From: a virus
Virus record (IMG/VR): IMGVR_UViG_3300031088_000759
Reading direction: 5' to 3' (one strand)
DNA: 64,000 nt
The translations under genes and the position numbers were made by a program. This document shows, piece after piece, positions 40,014 through 49,348 of this stretch. The stretch's first letter is position 1. The number at the start of each line of letters is the position of its first letter. The notes below the pieces were generated by a model. It was not told the origin of the DNA, did not search any database, and saw nothing but the letters and a program-made list of their open reading frames with translations.

Positions 40014-41513
40014 ATGAATATTATGGCAAAAAATGCATTGAAAAAAATCAGAATTAGAACATACAATTCTTTGAGCACGAAGCAAAAAGAAACTTTTAAA
40101 AACGCAACTCCGAGGCGATATGAGAGGAATGTTTCTTCACCTTTGCACAGCGAAGCCGAACCGTATAGTAATGAATATGTTGAACAATCACAAGCAATAG
40201 ATGAACTTTTCAAAATTACTGAAAATGCGCAAAATTTTGCTAGAACAACAAACAACAATAATCTCTATGCTTACTCGTATTCTTCGAACAGACCAATTTT
40301 GTTAAAGTTTTCTGATTTTACCGTAGCACCTATTATGGGTATGGATAATAATGTTATTTTAAATTTTGCAAAAAATCAATACAAAGTGTTGAACTCTACT
40401 ATTGAAGAATCATTAAAAAATACTTACAGACAACCTTTTAAAAATGAACTCATTAAATCTCAAAAAGCTTGGTTAAAAAACAAAATTAGCAACGCTGATT
40501 TTCATAAAATCTTCGATTATTATATTGAAGAAGTGAATAATAACGACTCTTATTCAGGAAGAACCGGATGGACAGAAGAACCATTCTTCCAAATAATTGC
40601 CTTAAACGAATTCATGAATCATACAGGTGATGAAGAAATGACTCTTGGAGAATATTCTGATAAGAACTTTGATACATTGTATAATTTATTAATGTCTCAT
40701 AACTATACATCATATTCTTACACAAAGAAATTCTTGGAAAAGTTTACTTTTTCATATGAAACTCCACTGCTTGTATATACACACAAAAGCTCAAAAGAGG
40801 ATCGTGAATTAATAAAGAGTTTGACAAAAGAGCAAATTTTCATTCTTCATAACAATTTAGAAACTTTGACTTCTAAAACCGTTTCTGTTTTTCATAAAAT
40901 ACAAGCTGTATTAGAACCTGAAAATACAATGACTATTGCTTCTGAAAGTGATTTAGCAAAAATGACAGCACGTATTCTTGCTGAAAAAATCATTAATGAT
41001 GAATACAATCATTCAAGGGATATGTACACTCTTATGTCATCTTGTCATTCGATTACAAAAAACACTTTATCAACCTTGTCTTATGAAAAAAGTGATGTAA
41101 CAAAAAACTCTGTCTTCTATTTAAGAATTTACGATTTGATAAAAATTATTGATGATAATAAAGATAAATTAAATACTAGACAAGTGATAGGTTTTATACT
41201 GTCTTTAAATTCGAATTATAGAAGAATGGCTGCTGCAGATGGTTCTCTTGGAGACTATATTGTATTTCTTGAAACAATCAGTGAAACTAAAGACTCATTG
41301 TCTGCAGCATATTTCTTTGGGATGTTAGGGGAAGCATTGCTCAGTAAAGAGAAAGTGCCTACAATTGAACAATGGAGTAATTATGCTAAAGACGAAGAAG
41401 ATTTTACAATTCCTTTGTCCATGCTTATTAACATTATTACTGATAGCACAAATACCATCCAGAGAAACGCACCTAAAGAATTAAACGCTGTAAGAAACTC
41501 TCTACCTGCCTGA
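40014..41513 (+). CDS. hypothetical protein, paralog 2 of tandem triplet
   Basis: LNEFM..MTLGEY; PTIEQW..IPLSML. Confidence 0.8.
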   Translation: MNIMAKNALKKIRIRTYNSLSTKQKETFKNATPRRYERNVSSPLHSEAEPYSNEYVEQSQAIDELFKITENAQNFARTTNNNNLYAYSYSSNRPILLKFSDFTVAPIMGMDNNVILNFAKNQYKVLNSTIEESLKNTYRQPFKNELIKSQKAWLKNKISNADFHKIFDYYIEEVNNNDSYSGRTGWTEEPFFQIIALNEFMNHTGDEEMTLGEYSDKNFDTLYNLLMSHNYTSYSYTKKFLEKFTFSYETPLLVYTHKSSKEDRELIKSLTKEQIFILHNNLETLTSKTVSVFHKIQAVLEPENTMTIASESDLAKMTARILAEKIINDEYNHSRDMYTLMSSCHSITKNTLSTLSYEKSDVTKNSVFYLRIYDLIKIIDDNKDKLNTRQVIGFILSLNSNYRRMAAADGSLGDYIVFLETISETKDSLSAAYFFGMLGEALLSKEKVPTIEQWSNYAKDEEDFTIPLSMLINIITDSTNTIQRNAPKELNAVRNSLPA

Positions 41514-41540
41514 ACATGAATACCTAAGGAAATAAATTTT

Positions 41541-43172
41541 ATGAGAAAAGAATTTGCGGATAAATTTAAAACATATACCGTTGTGCGAGCGCAAAAAAGA
41601 CAAATACGGTATTCGTCTCAACAGAACGATTCTTCTATGGTAATGAGTAGATACAGTGATAAAAAGCTCACTAAAAAACAAAAGGATCTTATTGAAGGGA
41701 TAAAAAACAATCACTATGAACCTGTTGAAGACAAAACTCAAACTCAATACTATTACACATCATGGTATAAGTCATATAATTTTGTTATTACACCCAATTT
41801 TGAAGAAATCGTTCAAACTTTCTTTGAACGATACAAATTGTCTTCATCGTTAAAAAATCATAGAATTTTATTTGAATCTCAACGAGAAGTTAACAAAGAC
41901 ACAGATTTTGTTAAGAATTTAGACAACTTTTTAATCACACCACCGATTGGTGCTCTTACGCTTGATCTTCTAGTTGATGAAAATAATACGTTCCTAGGGT
42001 ACACTGATGCTTTCTCCTTTAAAAACCCTTCTAATCCTCTCCACAAAATAGGTATTTCCGAAGAATTGAACATGTTGTTCAACACTGTTGTCAAAAGAAT
42101 GATGAAAGCACCGAAATGGGATGAAAAAACACTTTTCTACGCTTTGTCTGTTTTAGAATTCATGGCTTCCCAATCATCACCTGAAACAACATTAGAAGAA
42201 TACATCACTGGCAACGAAGAGCATTTATACAACAATGTATTTATGAAATTCCAGGTTCAAGCTGATAAAAATCTTATATCTAACCTAAGCATCTTTTACG
42301 ATCTTCTTGTGTTTAATGATGTAGTAAACATTTTAGACGAAAATCTTTATCGAACTTTTGAAAAAATGCCTTATAAAGAATGGCATAATGTAGTGAATTT
42401 TTCTATTGGATATGACAATAATAATCCTTATAGCTACACTCGATTTGATGCGCACAGAATCATAAATCCTAAAGATAAAAATTTGCTTATAGACTATATT
42501 GATTTTGCCAAAAATGATCATGAAGGTTTGATAAATGTTATAGATTACGATAGAACTGTTGAAGTAGAAGAAGATTATTTCGTCAAAATTCTTCAAAATG
42601 TATGGCAAGATTCAGTTGCTAAAAACACTGAAATCAGCCCTGGTAAGGTAGAAATCTTTTCAAACTACTGGAAAGATATCGTAGAAAACATATTAGGATC
42701 TCATGTCATAGAAAAATACAGAAGAGCATATGCATACAGAAGTGTATACTTTTTGTTAAAGAATTATGAAAAACTGAACACTCAGCAACTATTTTCAATA
42801 GGTATGATTTTAGCAGACGGAACAGCACTGTATAGAGGTGCTATGTCTTCTCTTTATAGCGATGAAACAGTAGAGGCTAAAAAATCAAGAGTAGTATTAA
42901 AAGTTTTAGAATATTTTGAAGAAGAAATTGTCGAATTCAGTAGTTTTGCCGAAAGCCTTGTTTTCGAATATGATGGAGTGTTACCTACACCCTCAGAATG
43001 GGATAAGGGGCATACTTCAATAGATATGGATTCTTTATCTAATATTCCTTTGAGTATCCTTCATTCAATGATAAAAATTTATGAAACATCTTCAAAAGTT
43101 GGTTCAAAAATTCCTGTGAATTATAAGCTTCTCAGAAAAGACATTGATAAACTCAGTGAAGAAACAGAATGA
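41541..43172 (+). CDS. hypothetical protein, paralog 3 of tandem triplet
   Basis: VLEFM..TTLEEY; PTPSEW..IPLSIL. Confidence 0.8.
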   Translation: MRKEFADKFKTYTVVRAQKRQIRYSSQQNDSSMVMSRYSDKKLTKKQKDLIEGIKNNHYEPVEDKTQTQYYYTSWYKSYNFVITPNFEEIVQTFFERYKLSSSLKNHRILFESQREVNKDTDFVKNLDNFLITPPIGALTLDLLVDENNTFLGYTDAFSFKNPSNPLHKIGISEELNMLFNTVVKRMMKAPKWDEKTLFYALSVLEFMASQSSPETTLEEYITGNEEHLYNNVFMKFQVQADKNLISNLSIFYDLLVFNDVVNILDENLYRTFEKMPYKEWHNVVNFSIGYDNNNPYSYTRFDAHRIINPKDKNLLIDYIDFAKNDHEGLINVIDYDRTVEVEEDYFVKILQNVWQDSVAKNTEISPGKVEIFSNYWKDIVENILGSHVIEKYRRAYAYRSVYFLLKNYEKLNTQQLFSIGMILADGTALYRGAMSSLYSDETVEAKKSRVVLKVLEYFEEEIVEFSSFAESLVFEYDGVLPTPSEWDKGHTSIDMDSLSNIPLSILHSMIKIYETSSKVGSKIPVNYKLLRKDIDKLSEETE

Positions 43173-43194
43173 TTAAAAATGAATAGTTTCAAAA

Positions 43195-43250
43195 AATGAG
43201 TAGAGTGGGACAAGATTACTAAATTTTAATCTTGTCCCACTCTACTCATT
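43195..43250. terminator. 23-bp perfect inverted repeat between convergent genes
   Basis: AATGAGTAGAGTGGGACAAGATT-N10-AATCTTGTCCCACTCTACTCATT. Confidence 0.7.
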
Positions 43251-43258
43251 GCATTAGA

Positions 43259-44026
43259 TTAGAAGTTTTCGCGGATATAAGAGAGTGCTTCATCCTTAGA
43301 AAGATGAACTCCCTCATCAGAATTCAGGAACTTCATAATCTTGCCCAGCTCTCTTCCGGGAGACAGATTGAAAATCTCCATAACCTCATTGCCATTCAGA
43401 GCGGGTCGAAGAGCCTTACGGGCATCTTCCTTCTGAACACGATTAATCTCGATAGACAGCTTCTGGATCCCCTTGTGGTGATTATGAAGCTTCTGCTTAT
43501 TAGCAGTAGTAGCATCCGCATAGAAAACGACAATAAGCTTGTCAAGGATCTCAGAGCTTCCTGCATCATTCATCAGCCTACGCACAGCACTGTCAGTCCA
43601 ATCACCCTCACCAAATCCATGACTGCGCATATGAAGACTAACAATCTTAGAAATCTTCTGAATCTCGTTCTTGGTGTAGCCATGACGAGTAAGAATAGAC
43701 TTCATCATCTTAGCACCAACATACTCATGTCCGTCAAACGTGACACTCTTACGACCGTTGAACTTACGGGTGGCAGGCTTGCCAATATCGTGAAAAAGAG
43801 CTGCAGTGCGAAGAACAAGATCAGGTCCATCAACCTCACGCGAAATAGCGTTCTCAAGAACCTTGATAGAATGGACAAGATTATCCTTGTGATGGTATCC
43901 GGGCTTAATAGGCATACGAAGATCAGCCAGTGTTGACTCAAACTCACGAAGAGTTCCATCGGAAACCATACCGTAAAGAACCTCAACGGGGTTATTCATC
44001 ATCATAAGCTGCTTCATATTCATCAT
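43259..44026 (-). CDS. HD-domain protein resembling the C-terminal half of actinobacterial CCA tRNA nucleotidyltransferase
   Basis: HHKDNLVHS, AALFHDIGKPATR, FDGHEYVGA, LHMR.HGF..WTDSAVRR, RPALNGNEVM..PGRELG. Confidence 0.85.
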   Translation of the reverse strand: MMNMKQLMMMNNPVEVLYGMVSDGTLREFESTLADLRMPIKPGYHHKDNLVHSIKVLENAISREVDGPDLVLRTAALFHDIGKPATRKFNGRKSVTFDGHEYVGAKMMKSILTRHGYTKNEIQKISKIVSLHMRSHGFGEGDWTDSAVRRLMNDAGSSEILDKLIVVFYADATTANKQKLHNHHKGIQKLSIEINRVQKEDARKALRPALNGNEVMEIFNLSPGRELGKIMKFLNSDEGVHLSKDEALSYIRENF

Positions 44027-44075
44027 ACCTCAATTATAACACAAAAGATTTGAAAGTCAAATTATACAAAATATT

Positions 44076-44516
44076 TCAAAAATCAAACCGAATGCCAGAA
44101 ACATTGAGAGCATCGGATTGCTTCTCGAGAAGTTCAATTTCATCCTGAAGCTTCTTAATCTTGTTATGAATTTCCTTCTTCTTAGGAGCATTCTCTTTGA
44201 TAGTGTTTTCAGCTTCAAGAATTTCTTGAATAACTGAATCAGGAACGTTCATTTCTCCTGTAATCTCGTACATGATTCCTATATCGTATTGTCCAGCACG
44301 AACAGAGTCAATCTTGATGGTTCCCTGCTTGAATCCAATGTCTTCAGCTGCACGGTTGACTTTCAGAACGCTCTTCTCGTGCCAAGTATCAATTGCTCTA
44401 ACATCAGGCATATCAATCACTGAGGTGGCAATAACAGTCTTCTTCTTTGTGCCATTAATTTTGACAATATGAGTCAAACGATTGTTGACTTGAATAGTGT
44501 TTTTAATGTTCACCAT
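44076..44516 (-). CDS. hypothetical protein downstream of riboswitch-like element
   Basis: ATG at 44516 after AAGGAG; C-terminal coiled coil. Confidence 0.75.
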   Translation of the reverse strand: MVNIKNTIQVNNRLTHIVKINGTKKKTVIATSVIDMPDVRAIDTWHEKSVLKVNRAAEDIGFKQGTIKIDSVRAGQYDIGIMYEITGEMNVPDSVIQEILEAENTIKENAPKKKEIHNKIKKLQDEIELLEKQSDALNVSGIRFDF

Positions 44517-44522
44517 TTCATT

Positions 44523-44558
44523 CTCCTTGTTGTTTCTCCGGCGTAGGAATAACCCGGA
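44523..44558 (-). ncRNA. second compact NAD+-II-like riboswitch candidate
   Basis: UCCGG-GUUA-UUCCU-ACG-CCGGA-GAAACAACAAGGAG; same architecture as 26704-26739 with a compensatory change in the stem. Confidence 0.65.
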
Positions 44559-44617
44559 TTTGTGTACCTTGTGTACAACTGTACAGTAGCGCAAAAAATT
44601 ATAAAAGTCAAGTTTAC

Positions 44618-44896
44618 TCAAAAATCAACTTTCACTCCAAAAGCTGAATATATTTGATCATTGTTCTTGAAAACATAGCCTGAAACACCATTATTAAAAC
44701 TTACTACATAATCTCCCGGACGAACAATAGTTAAATGATTTCGACCTCTCCTTTTGTCAGTAATAAGTATGTCATCACCATCCAAGGATTCGGCAAGAAC
44801 CCAGCCTTCAAAAGTTTGTAGAATTTGAATAATAGCGTCTTGATTAGAGAGATTCACTTCGTATTTTACAATCTCTGCTGAAAGTTTAAGATCCAT
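44618..44896 (-). CDS. hypothetical phage-type protein
   Basis: VRPGDYVV motif; AAGGA RBS. Confidence 0.65.
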   Translation of the reverse strand: MDLKLSAEIVKYEVNLSNQDAIIQILQTFEGWVLAESLDGDDILITDKRRGRNHLTIVRPGDYVVSFNNGVSGYVFKNNDQIYSAFGVKVDF

Positions 44897-45126
44897 TGTT
44901 ATCCTTTGCGGTTTAAAGTGTCCATTGTGTTCAATACTATTCTATAAAACATGATAAGTCAAAGCTGTCTCAATATATAAAATAACTTTCTAAAATTAAA
45001 TTTTGAGACAGCTTATTATTTTGTTAAAATGTTTTTAATTAGATATATAACTTGTTGAGAAGAAAAAATGTGTCTGCTTTTCAACATATTCATTAACCTT
45101 ACTATAAAGAAAGAAAAGGACAATAT

Positions 45127-46341
45127 ATGACAAAAACATATGTAAAAACATCTGAGGCTGTAGCTGCAAGCCATCCTGACAAAGTTGCTGACCAAATTGG
45201 TGATGCGATTTTTGATTATCTAAGAACTTTTAAGGATAATCCCCAATCAGCTGTTGAGATTGCTTGTGCTGCTGACAGAGTTTTAGTGTTCGGCGAAATT
45301 GACAAAGATATAGTCAAACCAAAACCAGGTATAACAAACCTTAAAGAAGCAAATCCAGAATTAGCTCGAAAAATAAAAGAAATAGTCATTAGCAAGATAC
45401 GCGAAATCGGCTATAAAAAGTTCTCTTACAACCCTGAAGTAAAAATTGCTTTGGTAACGCAATCAGCAGAAATCAACAATGCTGTGGAAGAAAACGATGA
45501 ACACGAAGCAGCAGCAGGAGATCAAGGTATTGTAACAGGTTTTGCTACATCCGAAACTAAACAATACCATGCTATACACTTTATTCTAGCTCATTACATT
45601 ATGAAAGAACTTGAAGAGGACCGAAAGAATAAGCGAATTAGTTGGTTAAATCCTGACGCAAAATCTCAGGTAACAGTGAAATACGAATATTCCGAAAAAG
45701 GATTAGACAGACCACTTTCCATAGAAAACATTCTCGTTTCGCAATGCCATTCTGAAACAGTGAAATTAGATGAAGTTCGAGAAACACTTACACAACGAGT
45801 CAAAGAGATTACTGTAGAATTTTTGAAAGATCATGATAAGTTTGATTACTCGGAATCTTTGTTGAAGAGTTTAAAAAATACAGAGTTTTTGATTAATCCT
45901 GCTGGAGAATGGAATGTTGGAGGTCCAAAAAGTGATTCCGGGTTAAGTAGCCGTAAACTTGTTGTTGATAATTACGGTTCAGCAGCTCCTATTGGTGGTG
46001 GCGGAACTTCTGGTAAGAGCTTCACGAAAGTTGACCGTAGTGGCGCTTACTACGCTCGACATATTGCTAAAAGCATTGTAGCATCAGGGTTAGCAGAAAA
46101 ATGCCTTGTAGAATTAGGCTTCGCTATTGGTGTTCCAAAAACAGTAAGTATTAATATTGAAACTTTCGGGACAGAAAACACAAGCTTAAAAATTATCAAT
46201 GACTTAGTGTTAAGGAATTTTGACTTTAAAGTTCAAAGTATGATTGATTTATCTAATAGTATTGAGCAAGTCGTAAAAACATCTGAACATGGAAATTATA
46301 CAGATGACTCTTTCCCCTGGGAAAAAACAATAGAACTATAA
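45127..46341 (+). CDS. metK: S-adenosylmethionine synthetase
   Basis: SE.V..SHPDKVADQI, AGDQG, PDAKSQVT, NPAG, GGPKSDSGLSSRK, SGK..TKVDRSGAY. Confidence 0.93.
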   Translation: MTKTYVKTSEAVAASHPDKVADQIGDAIFDYLRTFKDNPQSAVEIACAADRVLVFGEIDKDIVKPKPGITNLKEANPELARKIKEIVISKIREIGYKKFSYNPEVKIALVTQSAEINNAVEENDEHEAAAGDQGIVTGFATSETKQYHAIHFILAHYIMKELEEDRKNKRISWLNPDAKSQVTVKYEYSEKGLDRPLSIENILVSQCHSETVKLDEVRETLTQRVKEITVEFLKDHDKFDYSESLLKSLKNTEFLINPAGEWNVGGPKSDSGLSSRKLVVDNYGSAAPIGGGGTSGKSFTKVDRSGAYYARHIAKSIVASGLAEKCLVELGFAIGVPKTVSINIETFGTENTSLKIINDLVLRNFDFKVQSMIDLSNSIEQVVKTSEHGNYTDDSFPWEKTIEL

Positions 46342-46443
46342 TATAAAATCATTTTCAAAAATAAAAATACCGCAATTGTTTTTAATTGCGGTATTTTTAT
46401 TTAACATAGTATTAATTAATGGATTGATGTGTTCTTCAAAAAA

Positions 46444-46860
46444 TCACTGCTTTTTATCTTTTACATCAATCCAAGCAGCATTACTTGAACTTCCAGCACC
46501 GAAACCGAATTTATCGCTCTTCTTGATTTTAGGAGCTTTCCATACAAGCTTATTATCTTTTCCGATAGGGAACTTGATATCAACATTACCTAAGCGGAAT
46601 AAAGCTTCATCAAATTTCCCTGATTTAAGAACACCTAAAGACAACTGTTTGTTAAACGGAATGTCAAAAACTTTAGCATAAATTTCTGTATCATCTAATC
46701 CATCAAGAAAATTTTCATACATTTCTATAAGCTTAGACTCAGAAGGAATTTGATGAGAATCATTCCACTTCAAAGTCATAGGGGATGGATTACCTTCAGT
46801 TTTAGAAATAGTCGCACCAAGACTATCCTCATCCCAATCAATACGAACTTTACTTGACAT
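46444..46860 (-). CDS. hypothetical protein
   Basis: GAGG RBS. Confidence 0.7.
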   Translation of the reverse strand: MSSKVRIDWDEDSLGATISKTEGNPSPMTLKWNDSHQIPSESKLIEMYENFLDGLDDTEIYAKVFDIPFNKQLSLGVLKSGKFDEALFRLGNVDIKFPIGKDNKLVWKAPKIKKSDKFGFGAGSSSNAAWIDVKDKKQ

Positions 46861-46926
46861 TTGAACCTCTCTTAAACAATGATAAAAATGAGTTTATTAT
46901 TTAACCCAATTATAGCACTTTATAGC

Positions 46927-47142
46927 TCAATCGTCAAATCCTTCATACAGGTACTCATCTTCTTCAATTAATGATTGAGGTTCATCATAATCATCAAGAT
47001 CATCTACTTCATCAACATTTAAAATATGGGTTAGTTGAGAATTTATTTCTCGAACCTTATCGTAATCCTCATTATCATAAGCAAGATCACGAGTATGATA
47101 AAGTTCATCAAGGTAATCGTCAAAAACTTCCAGCGTTGTCAT
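46927..47142 (-). CDS. small acidic hypothetical protein
   Basis: GGAGG RBS; TTGACT-N17-TATAAT upstream. Confidence 0.7.
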   Translation of the reverse strand: MTTLEVFDDYLDELYHTRDLAYDNEDYDKVREINSQLTHILNVDEVDDLDDYDEPQSLIEEDEYLYEGFDD

Positions 47143-47272
47143 AATTAACCTCCATATAAAAACAAATCCGTTAAAACTGTATAAATTCAAGAACTTGCTG
47201 CCTAATAATATCAAACGCTACAATTATAGCTTAAATTTCAGCAAAAGTCAATAGTTAATTAAAATTATATTA

Positions 47273-47611
47273 TTACAAAACAACAGGTTCTTCTTTTATC
47301 GCAGTATCTTTATTGTCAAGAGATTCGGCTTTTAAAGTAAACTCTAAATCCGCATTGATTTTGTTCTTCAAAGCACGTTCTTTGCTGTCTTGTACATTTA
47401 AATCGTTTTCAAGCTTATATAGTGAAATCGTCATTAAAGTCATTCCTAAGCAAAACAAAATCACAAGATCGGATGAATAATTAAGAGAACCTATAACAAC
47501 AAGTATAGCACCTGTTGCTGAAAAGGCTAGATTCCTTAGTATAGTATTATGAAATACATTATACATTTTCTCACGGAATGTTAGTTTTACAGTCTCTCTT
47601 TTCTTATCCAC
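47273..47611 (-). CDS. membrane protein (2 TM)
   Basis: GGAG RBS, GTG start. Confidence 0.65.
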   Translation of the reverse strand: MDKKRETVKLTFREKMYNVFHNTILRNLAFSATGAILVVIGSLNYSSDLVILFCLGMTLMTISLYKLENDLNVQDSKERALKNKINADLEFTLKAESLDNKDTAIKEEPVVL

Positions 47612-47757
47612 CTATCTGCTCCATTTAGCTCTCATATAAAATATTACTTTTATTCATCAACATAACAAATATCACTCAATTTTTTGAAAAAATTGACAGA
47701 CGAAAATTTTTTGTATAATATATACAATATAAGACATCAACAGAGGAGATAGATAGA

Positions 47758-48009
47758 ATGCATAAGTCGAAGCGGAAGTGGCTCTGCCTGGACTGTGGAG
47801 ACCACACTAAGTATGAGCACTACTTTTTGAAGAATGAAGTCTGGATGGATGAAGCACATATGGGAGAAGTAGGAATGCTGTGCATCAGTTGCGTTGAGAA
47901 GAGGATTAATCGCAAGCTGACTTCTTCGGACTTCACTGACGCGCATATTAACAACCCCAAGAAGAACATGATGAGTGATCGACTCCGCGCAAGAATCATG
48001 AGCATCTGA
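47758..48009 (+). CDS. small Zn-binding phage-type protein
   Basis: CLDCG...VW...LCISCVEKRINRKL...DF; GAGGAG RBS; sigmaA-like promoter. Confidence 0.75.
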   Translation: MHKSKRKWLCLDCGDHTKYEHYFLKNEVWMDEAHMGEVGMLCISCVEKRINRKLTSSDFTDAHINNPKKNMMSDRLRARIMSI

Positions 48010-48043
48010 CACAGCTTTTAAGCATGGTTTTTGAGAATGTTTA

Positions 48044-48170
48044 ATGCACTTCAAAAACGCTTACAAAAACACCCCGAATAAAGCCGATAAACACGGAGCT
48101 ATTCGGGGTGTTTTTAGTGCTTTCTGAAGACTTTTTTCAAAAAACCTTAAATAGACGGGGGGATTCTCAA
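48044..48170 (+). repeat. dispersed palindromic element, copy C
   Basis: AAAAACACCCCGAATA...TATTCGGGGTGTTTTT core with flanks homologous to copies A and B. Confidence 0.7.
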
Positions 48171-48254
48171 AAGAAAGCAAATATTCAGAAAAACGCTTAG
48201 GATACAAAATTGAAATATACTTAAATTATTTATCCAATCATAGATTTAAACAAT

Positions 48255-48767
48255 TCAAGCCTGAATAAAGCTGACATCCAAGTTGATGACTACCTTATCT
48301 GAAACTAACAAACCACCTGTCTCCAAAGCAGCATTCCATGTTAATCCAAAATCTTTCCTAGAAATAGTTGTAGAAGCTTCAAAGCCTGCTCTCTTATTAC
48401 CGAAAGGATCAACAGCAGTTCCAGCTTCCAAAACTTCAAATTCTACTTCTTGAGAAACTCCATGAATAGTTAAAACACCATTCATTCTGTCTTTGTGGAT
48501 CTCACCTGTAAACTCTAATGTAGGGTATTTTTCAACATCAAGAAAATCAGAACCTTTCACATGAGCATCCCTATCCGCATCACCTGAATCAAAAGAATCT
48601 GCTTTAACAGTTGCTTCAACTTTACCATGCAAATCCGATTCACTATTCAAAGTAGCTTTAACAAAACTAAAACCACCACGAACTTTTGAAATACCAGCAT
48701 GTCGAACAACAAAACCTACCTCAGAATGAGAAGGATCTAAATTCCACTTTCCACTAAAATCACTCAT
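48255..48767 (-). CDS. YceI-family polyisoprenoid-binding protein
   Basis: WNLDPSHSEVGFVVRHAGISKVRG, RDAHV...DFLD, ISRKDFGLTWNAALETGG. Confidence 0.93.
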   Translation of the reverse strand: MSDFSGKWNLDPSHSEVGFVVRHAGISKVRGGFSFVKATLNSESDLHGKVEATVKADSFDSGDADRDAHVKGSDFLDVEKYPTLEFTGEIHKDRMNGVLTIHGVSQEVEFEVLEAGTAVDPFGNKRAGFEASTTISRKDFGLTWNAALETGGLLVSDKVVINLDVSFIQA

Positions 48768-48944
48768 AATAAATCTCCTTATATAATTAATTGCTCTAAG
48801 TTAAACAATAATCTATTTAACTACAGGCAACATCTAAATATTTCGATTAATAATGTGACTTATATCAACAAGAAAAACACCAGTTACAGATGAACGGCAA
48901 ATGCTCGAAAAAACATTTGCCGTTCATCTGTAAAACATATTCCA

Positions 48945-49220
48945 TCAAATATTCAAAAACTCTTCACGATGCATAGAGACAATAAGCTTAGCATCTTCAA
49001 GAGCCTTAAAACCAGAATCATTTACGTCAAACTTCTTCGGATCCGCAAGAACCCCATCAATAGTGCTTTCAACCATGTTCAAAGTATCCATAGAAGTCAT
49101 CCCATGACAGTTATTAGCATAACTGATAGCATAATCAATAAACATGCGATACTCAAAATCAGAGCTCTTCTCCTGAAGATCATAGAAATCATCCATCAGA
49201 TTCTTCATCATAGAAGGCAT
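48945..49220 (-). CDS. hypothetical protein
   Basis: Start reassigned to ATG after AAGGAG. Confidence 0.65.
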   Translation of the reverse strand: MPSMMKNLMDDFYDLQEKSSDFEYRMFIDYAISYANNCHGMTSMDTLNMVESTIDGVLADPKKFDVNDSGFKALEDAKLIVSMHREEFLNI

Positions 49221-49348
49221 AGTCAATCTCCTTAAAAGTTTCAACATCTCGTATACTCCTATAATAACTGACAAACCCACTATTGTCAAAGGGAAAGACA
49301 ATCACGGTATTTTAAAACAAAACTGCTCTGACAAAAAAGTTTTATTGA

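Noticed and set aside
45050-45126. SAM riboswitch upstream of metK
   Set aside because: Only a simple hairpin (TGTTGAGAAG/CTTTTCAACA); no SAM-class consensus recognised.
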